A stretch of DNA of 63,487 bases, filler included, from Choristocarpus tenellus KU-1152 (GCA_964200185.2; 8 parts of 8 records of this genome joined end to end with filler, not necessarily neighbours in it), one strand, 5' to 3'. Counted from the first letter of the whole stretch, positions 11,727 through 25,657 are shown. Numbers and translations are program-made. The notes: a model not told the origin generated them from the letters alone.

Positions 11727-13754
11727 CTATTGAGACATGTTGACGAATGCAGACACATCGAGAGTGAGAGTGAACTTTGACAGATATTATACAAAGGATG
11801 TAATATAGGCCTAAGAATCAAGTGCCAAACACTTGGAAATTTGTTGAAAATATTTCACCATAATAGTAGTGTGTTAGGTGGGGTTTGGTTATTGTCTTCG
11901 ATGAAGGATTAATATATTATCATCATTGTATATTTTCATCATTATCATTGGCCATTAACCAATCAAACTAAACTGTAGCATTTGAGAGACTGGTTTAGGG
12001 AGTACTCTCAATACCAACAGTTCAACAATAGGATAACTACAACATCTACAACATTTTAATACCTGTAGTAGATTGCGTTTCAGTAGATAGTGTCATGGTA
12101 GATAGTAGTGTCATGTTGAAGCTACTTAATTATGTTAATGCTACTATTAGTAGATAGTAGTGTCATGGTGAAGCTATTCAATAATATTAATACTACTAAT
12201 AATACTAAAATTAATACTACAATTAATACTACAATTAATACTACAATTAATACTACAATTAATACATACCAGCAGGCATGTCCTCGCACATACATAGCAT
12301 TAACTACTGGGACGAGTAACCTTACTATTTGAGATACAACAAGATGACCCTGCCCCAGTACTCTCTTTTGCGCGACACTTGATGTTATACAATAGCCATC
12401 GGTGTTATACAATAGTCATCGGTGTTATACAATAGCACTTGATGTTATACAATAGCAATTGGTGTTATACAATAGCAATTTGTGCTACAATAGCAATTTG
12501 TGCTAAGCAATAGCAATTGGTGTTGTGCACCTCTTGCCTCCCACACTGCATGTTAACTTGAATCAAGATATTAATAATAGGACCACCAAACTGCACAGCA
12601 GCTAAGGGTACACCACACCGTCTACCACATTCAACAAAGATGTATAGGTGTAACCAACTAGTGCATACAACACAATACAAAGTGAACATACCCTAAGTAG
12701 TACAAGGTGTAAAGGTGCCAAGTAAATATAGTACTCTATTAGTAGTTTGAAAGTGTGGTACAATACTATTAACAGTACAATACAGCAGTACAGTCCTCTC
12801 CAGACCTGGTCAACCATTTCACCTTGCTTACTCCCACGATGATACTATAAATAATAATAATGGTGATAATAATAATATTATTAATAAAAATTGCATGTAG
12901 AATAGGTTGATTCAGCAGAGTAGACCCTCCCTTCAAGATGTGACCATGACTACAATGATTGTTGTGCGGTATGGCACTTGTAGGCAAACGTCGTCTAACA
13001 CAAGACCACTTGACACAATATGATAGCTCAGACTGGAATGTTAGAAGACATGTTAGACATAACCAAAGCCGTGCCTGCATTTTGAACGCGACTCTGTTCG
13101 AAAGCTTCATGGTGACATGCACAGAATCACACCAACATTATTTATAATTACAAATAGCAATAATGTAAATACCGGTGGAGTGGTCTGACTGAGGGTTCTT
13201 CCCTATATAGTACAGTACATATATAGTAGTACATCTTCACTCTAGAATAAAATAGATTGTGCATGAAAAGGTACCAATGTGTGTGACATGAGAGGGTACC
13301 AATGGTTGTGACATGAGAAGGTACCAATGTGTGTGAAGCAAACATGAAGAAGTGGTCAAATGTGATCTCATCCTTACATTCTATACCAGAGGATGGTACA
13401 AAAAATGTTCCTCACAATCTATGCTGTAACTGCATCAACACAACCTATTACTAAAATAAGAATCATGTGGTGCCATGACATTGCATCATTACATTGCATT
13501 GTTATTGTTGTCAGTGTTGAGTACAAGAGCACCCAACAAATCTCTCTTCAAACCTAGTATCACAAAAATAGAAGTATACTAGTGTAATCATTACAATCGC
13601 TACAATAAGCATTATTGTTACTATTACTATTGTTAGTATTAACATCACTACTTTAATTGCAGTATATGATAGTGTGCATGTTGTCAGCAAGTCCTGGTTC
13701 TATTTGGGCACATGTCTTGTAGCTGGACCTAAAATGGACCTCAAACTCATGTAC

Positions 13755-13833
13755 CTCAAATGCATGCGCCAATTTAGGGTCATTGGGGAGGACCTTCCTC
13801 AGCTTCACTTGCCAGGTCCAGACATGCTTGCAC
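13755..13833 (-). CDS. GT48 glucan synthase exon 6
   Basis: 79 nt, phase 2/0; (W)CKHVWTWQVKLRKVLPNDPKLAHAFE. Confidence 0.85.
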
Positions 13834-14151
13834 CTGTAACAGGGCATCAACCAATTGTCTTGCATTGAAATCATAATATTACTATTAATAGTAACAGAAT
13901 GGGTGTATTACTTGATGACAATTATTCCACTTACAACCTTCCCAACCCAATCCCCAAGCAAACTGATAATGATCTTTGAAGCGTTAACTATGCTTTCTCT
14001 TGGATATACTACGGTGTTTCCAATAGCACTGGCATGTTAAGCCATACTACCAAGAGGAAAAGAATGTAACAGGAGATTATATAACTTTGTTGAACCTGTT
14101 GTGTTCCATGTCATACTTGTAGTGGATATGAACAGTTAAACGGCGATGACA

Positions 14152-14425
14152 TCAAAATTGACATTAACATTGACATTAACATTGACATTAACACTAATAT
14201 TAACATTAACATTGACATTAACATTGACATTAACACTAATATTAACATTAACATTGACATTAACATTGACATTAACATTAACATTAACATTAACACTAAC
14301 ATTAACATTAAAATTAACATTGACATTAACATTGACATTAACACTAACATTGACAATAACATTAACAATAACATTAACATTGACATTAACATTGACATTA
14401 ACATTGACATTAACACTAACATCAA
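14152..14425. repeat. Hexamer microsatellite (ACATTA/ACATTG/ACACTA)n
   Basis: Direct reading; near reverse complement of 11026-11255. Confidence 0.9.
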
Positions 14426-14672
14426 CAATAACATTAACACTAAAAATATACATACTGACAGACAGACATCAAGTACCCCTGGAATCAGAGACACAAAGAG
14501 GTACATCTTTATAATGTGATTACAGTACCGTGGTATAATGCAACACAATTATAATATCACAACTACAACATCACAATTATAATATCACAATTACAATATC
14601 ACAATTATAATATCAAAAATATCAAAAATAGCAGCAATGATATTCTACTGAGATTTCACGAGGTTAACTTAC

Positions 14673-14810
14673 CATTTCCTATAGTTAAAGAGTTGTTCGT
14701 TGCGCCACCGTAGGAGGACAGCATTAAGCAACTCCTCACTAAGGTTCTGTGTCACTCCACCAGGTACACTGCGTGCAAGCCGACTTCCCAGAAGAGTCAT
14801 GGCATTCTCC
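14673..14810 (-). CDS. GT48 glucan synthase exon 5
   Basis: 138 nt, phase 2/2; ENAMTLLGSR...LFNYRKW. Confidence 0.88.
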
Positions 14811-15159
14811 CTGTATCACAAAACACACACCATACAGATAGAAAACAGTGGTATAGTATAGATCAACCAACACTATCAATGACTAACTGATCAAAGATCA
14901 AAGATCGATAACCAACAAGCCTTGAAACACTTGTTTGGTAATTTGTCATGCACTATCCCACTCAAGTTCAAATAGGAAACAAGCGCCAGGCATTGTAGTA
15001 CCTCTTGTATTCTTGATTCCCTTTATGCTACTTCAAACTATAAATTAATGCACTACATCACAGTACACTCTCAACCCTTCACTCTGCTAAATCAATGATT
15101 AATGATCAATGATGTATTTCCAACCGAAGGTCTTGTTTGGTCATAACGAAAACACTCAC

Positions 15160-15431
15160 AGTTATTAATGGTACCAACCACAGTGTCAGTAATGGTACCA
15201 ACCACCGTGTCAGTAATGGTACCAACCACTGTGTCAGTAATGGTACCAACCACTGTGTCAGTACACATGAACCAAGTACATGGTACGTGGTAAATGGTAA
15301 ATGGTAAATGATCAAATTCTGACCAAAATGTCGTTGACAATCAATCATATAGCTTCAAAGAGAACCAATCATATAGCTTCAAAGACAATCAATCATGTAG
15401 CTTCAAAGACAATCAATCATATCGCTTCAAA
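15160..15431. repeat. Two adjacent ~24-bp minisatellites (TAATGGTACCAACCACTGTGTCAG x4; CAATCAATCATATAGCTTCAAAGA x4)
   Basis: Direct reading. Confidence 0.85.
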
Positions 15432-16521
15432 GTGATAACCAGAAAGTTACAAAAAGCACACTCTGAGCTACTAAATGTTCTAGGTCACTACATTCTTTTC
15501 CAAGTACACTATTTTCAAGATAGAAAATAGACGCTCAGAGTCCATCAATAGAATTGAAGGCGGTAAAACTCCACCAAAAGCAGTGCAACGAAAAGTTTAT
15601 CCTTTTTTCTCAACGATATCATGTAATGTATCAAATACAATTCTTGCAATCAATATGTATCTCTGGCGTACTGCACCTGCAAACCTCTCATTGGTTAAAA
15701 TCTTCATGCAATTGGGGCAATGGAACACTGAATATTGACAAAACAAAAAAAGTGAATATTTCATATTGCAAAGTATCAAGGATGACAAATCCTTGAAGAG
15801 ACAAATATGTTGTTATTTCCTTTTTCAAGTGTTGACTGCATTGACTGCAAGGTTGCTACTGCTATATGCCTGTATTGAAATTGAAAACAACTAAAAGATG
15901 CTATGTCACATCACATCACATCGCAAGTCTCCTTTCCCTAACACTACAAATACAAAAACAAAAAAATTACAGTGTAGACACCGCGTAATCAATTTGAAGG
16001 AAATGACCTTCCCATGAAGTACCTAGTCATTGTTCTAGTCATTATTCTAATCATTATTCTCTTAACCAAACAAGTATTATTAAATACTACAACATCGATA
16101 GTGATGTCCATGAACATCACAGTAGGTCAAGGTATGCGAGAGGTTAGGGTTAGGGTTTCATCTTTAGGATGCTGACAAATTTTTTCAAATTTCGGCTTTT
16201 GTACAAATTTGTGTAGTGAATTTTCTGAATTCTGTCAAAAATGATCAAACAATAGAGAAATCAAGGCTCACAAATCAAAAAAATATGGGCGAATCAAAAA
16301 AGAATAAAAAGTGGCTTCAAATGAAAAACAGCCAAAACCCAGTTACCTCTCCTTCAAATCATATTAAGAAACAATCGAGAATAGTACTTGTATGGTGTGG
16401 ACCACATCCTCATATTTGTTCAAGATAGAAATACTGCCTTTGAACACACTCTTGGGTGACAATCTCAAAGGAGAACAACAGTCACATGTATGTAAACTCA
16501 CAAGGGCATGTATGCAATGAG

Positions 16522-16790
16522 CTTTCTTAGTAGCACCACAGAGTTACTACTTAGAAGCAGTAAGTACTAAAAGACTGAAATATAAACGCTAAGTCCTGGG
16601 TTCAAATCCCGCCAAGAGCAAGGATTTAGTTCCTTGCAAGGATGTTGTTCTGGAAGAACCAGTCCAGGTAGGTTGACCCTACAGAGTGCCCCAATTTAGC
16701 ATTGTATGCGTAGAGGCAGGTGGGTAAATTAAATTAGCCCTGATTAAACTGTCCTGATTAAACTGTCCTGATTAAACTGTCTTAAAAATT
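16522..16790 (+). mobile_element. Possible tRNA-derived SINE
   Basis: B-box/T-arm GGGTTCAAATCCC at ~16598-16610 without an intact cloverleaf; 3' tandem CTGATTAAACTGTC x3 and a short A tail. Confidence 0.45.
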
Positions 16791-17275
16791 AGTGAAAGAA
16801 GATCCCTCAGACCTACCTCACTTTGTAACCTCAGGAGCACATCCACTGAGCTACACTATACGACACAACACAACACAGCACTGTACTATTAATAATATTA
16901 TGTGGGTGGATGAGTGGATGAGTGGATACACTTCTGAATGTTTATACAATAATATTAGTGATAACAACACTTGCGACATCAACTATACTAGAACTACAAA
17001 TTATCATTTGTACTATAAATAAAGTATGGCAATACTCATGCCATACAGAAACTCAACTACCCTGTCCGACATGGATGATCAAAGCACCTACTATTCCCAT
17101 TAAATTTCAAAATGACATCATCCATATCAAATATATCATATCATATCATATCATCCATATCAATATTAGTACCACCTGCTAAAGTGGTTATTACTTCACA
17201 AAAAAAATATCATTACCAATATAGGTATCTCACAATAACATGATACAATAATGGCATTATTGGCAGAGTTCTCAC

Positions 17276-17388
17276 CTCTGATTGTTAACACTGTCTCTCT
17301 GAAATCCAAATAGGTAAGCAAGCAGGTCAAACATATCCCCTTCCTCCACACCTTCCTCCTTCTCCTCAGCTCCATTCCTCCCCACATC
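17276..17388 (-). CDS. GT48 glucan synthase exon 4
   Basis: 113 nt, phase 0/2; DMFDLLAYLFGFQRDSVNNQR (FGFQxDNVxNQRE motif). Confidence 0.92.
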
Positions 17389-18189
17389 CTTACATACACG
17401 ATCACGAGTCAAGTCAAACATCAAATGTAATCATCATAACATACCAATAAATAAGATTAATAAATACATAAAAAATAATGATATTGGTGCAGAGCAGCAG
17501 GGAAATGAATGCAAGCATGTCATTCATTAGTCCAATATTGATATCAATGATATTTATATCGATGTATATCAATGATATTTATATCGATGTATATCAATGA
17601 TATTTATATCGATGTATATCAATGATGCCTCTAAATTGATTGTTCTGCCTGTACATGATATTGTTATGGTACTATTATATCACTATAAAACAGAAATACT
17701 TATCCTCACATCACCTGGTAACACCAACTGATGGCCAAGATAGTTAGACAATCAACTAACATGGCCTATTCCCCTTTATCTTGTTCATGAATGATTCTTG
17801 CCGTCTATTTGTCCAATTTCCAAGAAGAGAGCTAATTTATGACAATTTATGAGCACCAATAAAAAATATTCCTACCACCACTATTAATTAGAAAAAATGA
17901 AAAACAGGAACAGGAACATGGGAACAAGCAATTGCAATACAAGAAAATTCATTGCAATAAAAGAAAATTCATTGCAATACAAGAAACGTCATTGCAATAC
18001 AAGAAAATTCATTGCAATAACCCAGTTTGCACTACTTGCAGATCATGTAATCTTGTAGATGAGGGATTGTCAGCAATCACATTTGTCCTGTATCCAATTT
18101 TTCATTTTCTAGTAGCGAAATAAATTGGTAAATTGATTTATTGTTAATTGATTGTTAAAGTGAAGAGAAATTCCAAGGTACTATTTCTC

Positions 18190-18372
18190 ACTTGATATTT
18201 GATATTTGACACCGGATACTTGATACTTGATATTTGATACCTGATATTTGATACTTGATACTTGATACCTGATATTTGACACCGGATACTTGATACTTGA
18301 TATTTGATACCTGATATTTGATACTTGATACTTGATACCTGATATTTGATACCTTATGTTTGATATTTGATG
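18190..18372. repeat. Heptamer microsatellite (TGATACT/TGATATT)n
   Basis: Direct reading. Confidence 0.9.
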
Positions 18373-18779
18373 CTTCATGCTTCATGATTGATTGCAGTCA
18401 TACTCACAGGTTGCAACATCAAATATTCCCTTGTTAACTATTCAATAATGTACAGCTCCCCTCACATCTTGTTTTTTAGAAAGTCTTTAAGAGACAACTA
18501 CTCACCTAACCGGAATGTTGAAGATCCATCTGTGGTGTCAACTAATGTTCTCAAAACAGATCCAAGTAAATTAAATCCCAATGCATTATCCTTATTCCTA
18601 TCAACAGTACACTCCTAGTACCTTAACAAAAATTAATCTAGTACATTGCAACTACAAATAGATCAAATTTACCATGTGCTTAATTTACCTTCAACCTCGC
18701 CTTTCAAGCTTTACATTTCTTGCAAATAATTGATGCTATTACTACTGACTCTTGCTTACTCTTATTTTCCACAGAAGCT

Positions 18780-18897
18780 TCCACAACAATTACTCCCACA
18801 ACAACTACTCCCACATCAACTACTCCCACAACAACCACTCCCACAACAACTACTCCCACATCAACTACTCCCACAACAACCACTCCCACAACAACTG
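18780..18897. repeat. 15-bp minisatellite (ACTCCCACAACAACT) abutting the exon 3 donor
   Basis: Direct reading. Confidence 0.85.
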
Positions 18898-18899
18898 AC

Positions 18900-18990
18900 C
18901 TTGGCCTCCACACTGTGGTCTCTACCATTATTGCGCTCCCGTGACCCTCCCCGTGAGTTCCTACCCCTTTCCAAAGACTCTCCGCCGTCC
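18900..18990 (-). CDS. GT48 glucan synthase exon 3 (low-complexity N-terminal region)
   Basis: CAG|G...AAG|GTCAGT, 91 nt, phase 2/0, compatible with both neighbours. Confidence 0.7.
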
Positions 18991-19892
18991 CTGTCATCAA
19001 AACAATAATAATAACAATGAAGGTTTGAATTAAAGACACGATAATCAAAACAATAATAATAACAATGAATAATAATAATAATAGTAGTAGTAGCAGTGAT
19101 TGAAAATAGGTGCATACCAGCAAAGAAAAAGGAGGTGACTACAAGGGAGTATCTGTAAATCTTGACTACAGTGGTGCATAAACAAGGCTGTTGACACAAA
19201 TGAACCAAATGAACCAAATGAACCAAATGAACCAAATGAACCAGGTGCATGCTTTGTCCTGTCGTCTGATGTGGAACAGACCAAGAACAGACCAACCACA
19301 AAAACGAAAAAAAAATGTTGATCATATGAAAAATAATATGAAAAATAATAAAAATAAAATAACATTTAACCTGAGTTGGTCACAACCTCTTTCCTTGGGT
19401 TGCAGACAAAATTGTGGCACACTCAACTCATGTTATACACTAGGCACAGACACACAACATTGCCTATTGACTATATGATGTCCTGCAAGAACACCATGGC
19501 CACCAAATACAGAAAATTCCAAATATATATATACAAACGTTACCATTTGTACTACCAGTAAGCCCTACCATCATACCCTATGGGACACAAAACAAGCATT
19601 GTCCTTTGCCCTATAGCTTCAATCTGTTCCCTCATTTGCTCTGAAGCATTGAGCGCACCACAATCTCACTCATCATCACGTCACACAGCAACATGATCCC
19701 ATGCATGACACATTGAAAGATCTCAGAACAAAGCTTTGAACATGTAACAGCACAAAAATAGACATGATAAAGACTACAGTGTTGTCAACAGTCTGTTCTG
19801 CTCCTTGCCCCTAAAATCATAGTCTGAACCCTTGGCTTGCAGCCCTCACACAATTCCACAATACAGCCAATACATTACAATTTCAGTCTAAC

Positions 19893-20009
19893 CTGGGCAT
19901 GCGCTGAGGGTGCTCAAGCATCTTAGGCTTGTCCCTAGACAAGGTCTTCTTATAACCAGATTGTGTAGCTGACGAATCAGGTAAGGACCTCCTCAGCTGC
20001 ATTTTTCCC
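19893..20009 (-). CDS. GT48 glucan synthase exon 2
   Basis: Pyrimidine tract then CAG|GGGAAAAATG..., 117 nt, phase 2/2; GKMQLRRSLPDS...QRMPR; ATG at 20002 is an alternative start. Confidence 0.65.
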
Positions 20010-20582
20010 CTGAGGACCCATGTCCCCCATCCCAAACAAAGAACGAGAGGAGAAGAAAGAGAAAAAAAGTACAGTCAGTACAGGCGCGCTTGAGGAAGAA
20101 ATGAAATGGGAACGTAAGAGAGGGGATGTTGGATGAGAGGGGTGAAAAAAAGCTCTGAACTAGCCCCATGGTTACCGTATCCATTCTTGCGAGAGATGAT
20201 TCAAGGAAACAACGTTCCTGTGATATCTCCATTGTTCGGTCCTATCCCCTTTATGGGTGTAACAAGATTTGGTTTAGGAGATCTGCTTAGGGATGGAGGG
20301 CATCAAAACGGGTGTTCAACATTGCAGTGTGGACCACAAAGCCATAGAGAACCTCTGGAAGAGTGATCTCGAGAACCATCAATAAATAAGAATGCCTCAG
20401 GCTCAATCTATCCGCTCTTCTTCATTTGTGCTGGGATAGCGAAGACTGTCCGCTTCAAGAGTGCAGTGTTGCTACACCTTCGGGAGATTCTGTTAACTAG
20501 GAGATGCTGCTTGGGTTCACCTGTCCAACACCCAGTACAGGAGGGGGGTTCAAGCCTACTTCTACAACAATACCGAACTTAC

Positions 20583-20809
20583 CTGGTTTGTCTCCTAACC
20601 ACGTGTGAAAACTCGGTGGGCAATGAAAATGCTTCCCTGGCCATATTCTCGCATGCACGGGTCAGTAGTGTACCCTCGTCAACCTTGGAGGAAACGGACC
20701 GAAGCCTAGACCTGTTGAAGGCGAACGATTGCTGTTGTAGCAGTGTACCAGGATCAGATTCACGCACCACATTTTTGAGTAGGGGTTTCCCACGCTTCAC
20801 GGCCTTCAT
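20583..20809 (-). CDS. Probable GT48 glucan synthase exon 1
   Basis: ATG-initiated ORF ending AG|GTAAG in phase 2, in frame with exon 2; could instead be partly UTR. Confidence 0.5.
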
Positions 20810-21711
20810 CAGTCAATCACTCTAACAATCCAAAATCGCCACTAAGATATGCTTCTCGAAGTTCTCGAAGTGTAGTCCACCAAGCAAAAAAACGAGTGAG
20901 ACGAAGATCCTGGTTTCTTCGCGCCCACAGTTTTGATGTTTTCCCAGAAATATATTCTTGCTAACACCGCCACCTCGAGGCACGTGATAGTCTCAACACA
21001 GGATGTGACAGGTAAGCACTATGGCTGAATTTCCTCCCACTGGTGAATGCTTTGGTGGCAACGCAGGGCCAGGGTCATGCTGATATACAACGAGTGGTAG
21101 GAGGTGAACCACACTACAATACTGCAGTCAAGGTCGATTTCAACGTCTCTAAGTTGAGGTTGCGGGTTCCTCTTCCACCTCTAATTTGAAAAGGTGAAGG
21201 CACAACACATCCACATCTACCTCATATGTCCCTTCTTCATCCAACTCTAAAATACCCATGTGGAAAAATATATCAGTACAGAATACAGAATTTATACTTC
21301 TCCAACAACGTACTAATAAAACATACTTTAAACGTCTGTGGAAGGTTCTGAATTTGGATCGAGAAGGATATGTTGGGTAGTAGAGTATATAAATTTCTAA
21401 TATTACCTTTCCTTCTACACAAGAACAACGTATCATATACTACTACTCTTCCTATATAAATACAACAAGTAAGAAATCTGACATCTCCAATTATTTGATA
21501 TCATTTCTACAAAGTATGTTTGAGGATTTGTGAAGTAGGAAAAAATAGAAATATAATGATGAGAAGTCAAAAATCGTAGTATCAATCATAGAAGTAGTGG
21601 GAATATGAATATGAATGAGCATAAATTGTTTTATGACATTGGATATATGTCATTCAAAAACAAAAAGGAATATCATTTTTTCACCACATCAAAGAATTAT
21701 TATATTCCATA

Positions 21712-21945
21712 TTTTATTATTATCCCCTCTGATATTTTATAGATGTGTCAACGAACAACCAATGAAAACCTTTCACATAACAGAATAACCCCAAAGAAAG
21801 TAACAGTTGTCATAGACGTGAAAGACATTAATCTATTTTTACTATTTTTCTATGATATACCTCCCTGCGCCTCTAACCTAGCTTAGCCCTGCAACCCAGG
21901 GTGAGGGGCTAGGGAAGCATCCCATGAATCTAACAAACCCCTCCT
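21712..21945 (-). mobile_element. Dispersed repeat family C, diverged copy
   Basis: TTATTAT-CCCTCTGATATTTT-AGATGTGTC and GGGCTAGGGAAGCATCCC shared with 53757-54050. Confidence 0.6.
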
Positions 21946-21948
21946 TAC

Positions 21949-21997
21949 GGGTTAAAGTATCTGGGGGTGGGGAGGGTGGTTTGTGAGGGGGCGTCCG
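21949..21997 (+). mobile_element. End of a family B-like MITE, truncated by the contig end
   Basis: GGGTTAAAGTATCTGGGGG terminal motif. Confidence 0.55.
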
Positions 21998-22518
21998 NNN
22001 NNNNNNNNNNNNNNNNNNNNNNNNNNNNNNNNNNNNNNNNNTTAATTAATTAANNNNNNNNNNNNNNNNNNNNNNNNNNNNNNNNNNNNNNNNNNNNGGG
22101 GGGGAAGGAGAACACACACACAAGAAAAAAGTACAGGGACATTTTTTTTTCTAGTTGCATCAGCTATAAATAAGTTACCTATACACACTGATGCAAGGGT
22201 TAGGGTTAGCACAGTAGGGAACACACAAGCACACACAAGCACATCATTTTTTTTTCAGTTAAAGCAATAAAAAACACAACAGTCAAATTCAATACATACA
22301 AACACAACATACAAACGAACGAGGAGGTGAGACAGAACAAACACAACATATCATTCATTCCTTCCTTCCTTCCTTCCTTCCTTCATCAATATTACAGCAC
22401 CACCTACTTACTACTACATGACTAAAAACAATAAAAACACGGATCAGACGAGAGAACTACAATGATGAAAAAAAAAAGAATATCAGGAGAAAAAAATATT
22501 TTCTTTCAATATACCTAC

Positions 22519-22755
22519 CTCCAACTCCTTCTTGTTGCTGGCAACCGCCATGGCTGCACCAGAAAGGACAAATGAAGGCCTCACAAGTACCGGAAAACCC
22601 ACTCGCTCTGCAAATAGAATGGCATCTTTAGGAGTGCTCAGCAGGGCCCACTTGGGTTGATCCACCCCGATGGAGTCTAGCATAGCGCTGAACTTGTCTC
22701 TGTCCTCAGCCCGGTCTATGTCTTCAGGACGGGTACCCAGTATGTTAACACCAAA
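22519..22755 (-). CDS. CPS: Carbamoyl-phosphate synthetase large chain exon
   Basis: 237 nt; FGVNILGTRPEDIDRAEDRDKFSAMLD...GFPVLVRPSFVLSGAAM. Confidence 0.95.
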
Positions 22756-23378
22756 CTAACACAAAATACACACAAAAATTAGTCGAGGGTTTTGGTGAGA
22801 GATGAAGATAATGAGGGGGTTGATTTAGATTTTAAATAGACTGTAATGTACTGTACTGTAATGTAATGTACTCTACTGGAATGCAAAGTAATGGCGTTAG
22901 GATGATGTACATCAAAAATAAATAAGTACGTATCTGAGAGATTTATAATTTAAAAAATAATACAGTTTTTTTTATTTCTAAAGATCGGGGTAGCAGTAGT
23001 ATCATAGAGTGAACTTTATCATTTTTTTCATTGTTTAAAAAATGATCTGTCAGAACCATTCCAATAACAACCAATCAGAACAGTCACATGAGATAATAAT
23101 AATAACAATAATAACAATAGTAATAACAATTAAAACAATAATAATACAAACCAACCAACCGGTACTGTTTTCGTTTTGTAATGTTCTTGTCCAGTAGAGA
23201 GATAGATATCTCACCACATAAAAAATAAAATGAACAAGGTAAGCTATATATATACATATATACATACATACCCCGTTGGCGGCAAACAAAAATAAATAAA
23301 CAAAACAAATGCACCTCCAAAATGCATCCCCATATTTATATCCCTAACCCTACATACACCATACATAGTCACTCCAGC

Positions 23379-23417
<39 letters not shown>

Positions 23418-23422
23418 CCCAC

Positions 23423-23575
23423 CTGGTGAAGAGGCATGGCGAGGTTGTTGGGTATCTGTCCCCCAACACTAACCACCACTCCACCAGCCATCTCCCACTC
23501 ATAGATATCCAACACGCGCTCGAAGGAGAGTTCTTCAAAATAGAGCCGGTCACACTCATCGTAGTCTGTGCTTAC
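23423..23575 (-). CDS. CPS: Carbamoyl-phosphate synthetase large chain exon
   Basis: 153 nt; [25 protein letters not shown]...GGQIPNNLA. Confidence 0.95.
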
Positions 23576-24849
23576 CTGAAAAAAAAACACAATAAATAAA
23601 TAAATAAATAAATAATATTTTTTGAAAAATCAGAACGAAGACATTATTTCTTTGGTTAGTAATTGACTACTATTACTGCTGTAACTAACTAATCATGTCC
23701 TTTTGTGCATGCAATGAATGAACCACTAAAATGAGAGTACATGGATACTCACACTGATATTAATGATTTTAAAATGAAGTAGTCAGCCAAATAAGTATTA
23801 CTGTTCTACTGTGGCCGTAATAAAAAAAGCAACAAAAAGAAATAGTGAATAATTAAAAAAAGTTATGGTTGTAGAAGGTTAAGGTAGGGGGGGGCTGTCT
23901 CTGGGCAACAAAATAACCAACAAAATGTTGTATCTTTGATGGCTTGGGCAAGGTAGCCAGAGGTTCATTTGAATGTCCCAATTCACACCTTTCAGACACA
24001 ATAGTTGAGGTCAGAACAAGACAGAACAGACAATTAATAAGAACATTAATAAAAAACAACAGCAGGGTCTTGATTGATGAATAGATTGATGAGTAGATTG
24101 ATGAATAGATTGATGAGTAGATTGATGAATAGATTGATGAATAAATTTCTCACCACGAAATGTAATAAAAAAATTATAGTACTTTATCTGTCAAAAAATT
24201 ATTTTAGAAGATACTTAAAAATAAGTACTATAATCATTGGATCTTTTATTTACAAGAAAAACAATTTTAAGGTATACCTCCCATCCGGGGGATAGACTGA
24301 CAATAAAAATAACTGAAATAAATACAATAAATAAATAAAATAATACAATAAATACAAGCATTGACAACTAACCAAGAGAAGAGGTGCAAAAACTGGACTC
24401 ATCCCTAACCCTTCAAAGATAACCTCAAGGTGACCTCAAAGTTCGTGTCTAAAACGAACTCAAGGCAAGACAAAAGGCACACATGTAGATCCATCTTTCA
24501 AAATCTTTGATATATTTCTTATTTATTATTTATTATGTGTGATACAAAAAAGGTGAAATCATCACAACTTCAAAACATACAATACAATCATGTGTGACAC
24601 TAAAGGGTATACAACAATGCTTCAAAGGGTATACCTTTTTGATAACCACTGACGAAATTTCAAGCGCATTGATGTGCTCTGGGTAGAAACAACCTGTATA
24701 AAAGAGCCAGTTCTGAAAGCAAAAGTCTTCCTCCAAAACAAAACGTTTTCAGGATAAAAGATCACACAATCACTCTTCTAAAGTGAAAAAAACATAACAC
24801 ACAATCACTTCTTTCGAAATTTACACACTAAAAAAAATACTTTTTTTTT

Positions 24850-25500
24850 TAATGTTATGATGCTGTGATACAATGAAACTCTGATGTTACAATACTATGA
24901 TACTTTGATATTATGTTACAATGATAAAATGGTACTTTGATGTTATAATACTGTGATACTTTGATGTTATGATACTGTGATACAATCATACTTTGATATT
25001 ATGTTACAATGATAAAATGGTACTTTGATGTTAGAACACTATGATACTTTGATGTTATGATACCACGATACAATGATAAAATGATACTTTGCTGCTACAA
25101 TACTATGATCCTTTGACATTATGTTTCAATGATAAAATGATACCTTGATATTACAATACTATGATACACTGATACTATACTATTACAATACTATCATACA
25201 ATAATACTTTGCTATTACAATACTATCATACAACAATACTAACATACAACAATACTTTACTATTACAATACTATCATACAACAATACTTTACTATTACAA
25301 TATTATCATACACTGATACTTTACTATTACAATACTATCATACAACAATACTTTACTATTACAATACTATCATACACTGATACTTTACTATTATAATACC
25401 ATCATACAACAATACTTTACTATTACAATACTATCATAGAATAATGCTTTACTATCACAATACCATCATACAGTGATGCGTTACTCTCACAATACTATCA
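24850..25500. repeat. Degenerate AT-rich minisatellite grading into a ~31-bp unit (TACTTTACTATTACAATACTATCATACAACAA-like)
   Basis: Direct reading. Confidence 0.8.
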
Positions 25501-25522
25501 AAAATAATACTTTACCCCTCAC

Positions 25523-25657
25523 CGTCTCTGGGTTGTAGTTGACCACAATAGCCTTATGTCCCATGGAGCGTAGCTGACGGACACAGCTGACAGCACACCA
25601 ATCAAACTCAACACTAGAACCAATGCAGTAGGCTCCACAACCCAGCACCATAATGCC
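25523..25657 (-). CDS. CPS: Carbamoyl-phosphate synthetase large chain exon
   Basis: 135 nt; [24 protein letters not shown]...NYNPET. Confidence 0.95.

Noticed and set aside
10986-14548. Poly-VN, LM and TL ORFs, and similar ORFs at 18181-19478 and 29968-30337
   Set aside because: Translations of intronic microsatellites.
16560-16625. tRNA gene
   Set aside because: Only the T-arm/B-box is recognisable; no intact D-arm or anticodon arm, so a SINE relic is more likely.
4114-20809. Apparent cell-wall/polysaccharide gene cluster (alginate epimerase next to glucan synthase)
   Set aside because: The genes lie on different contigs joined by an artificial linker, so adjacency is not established.
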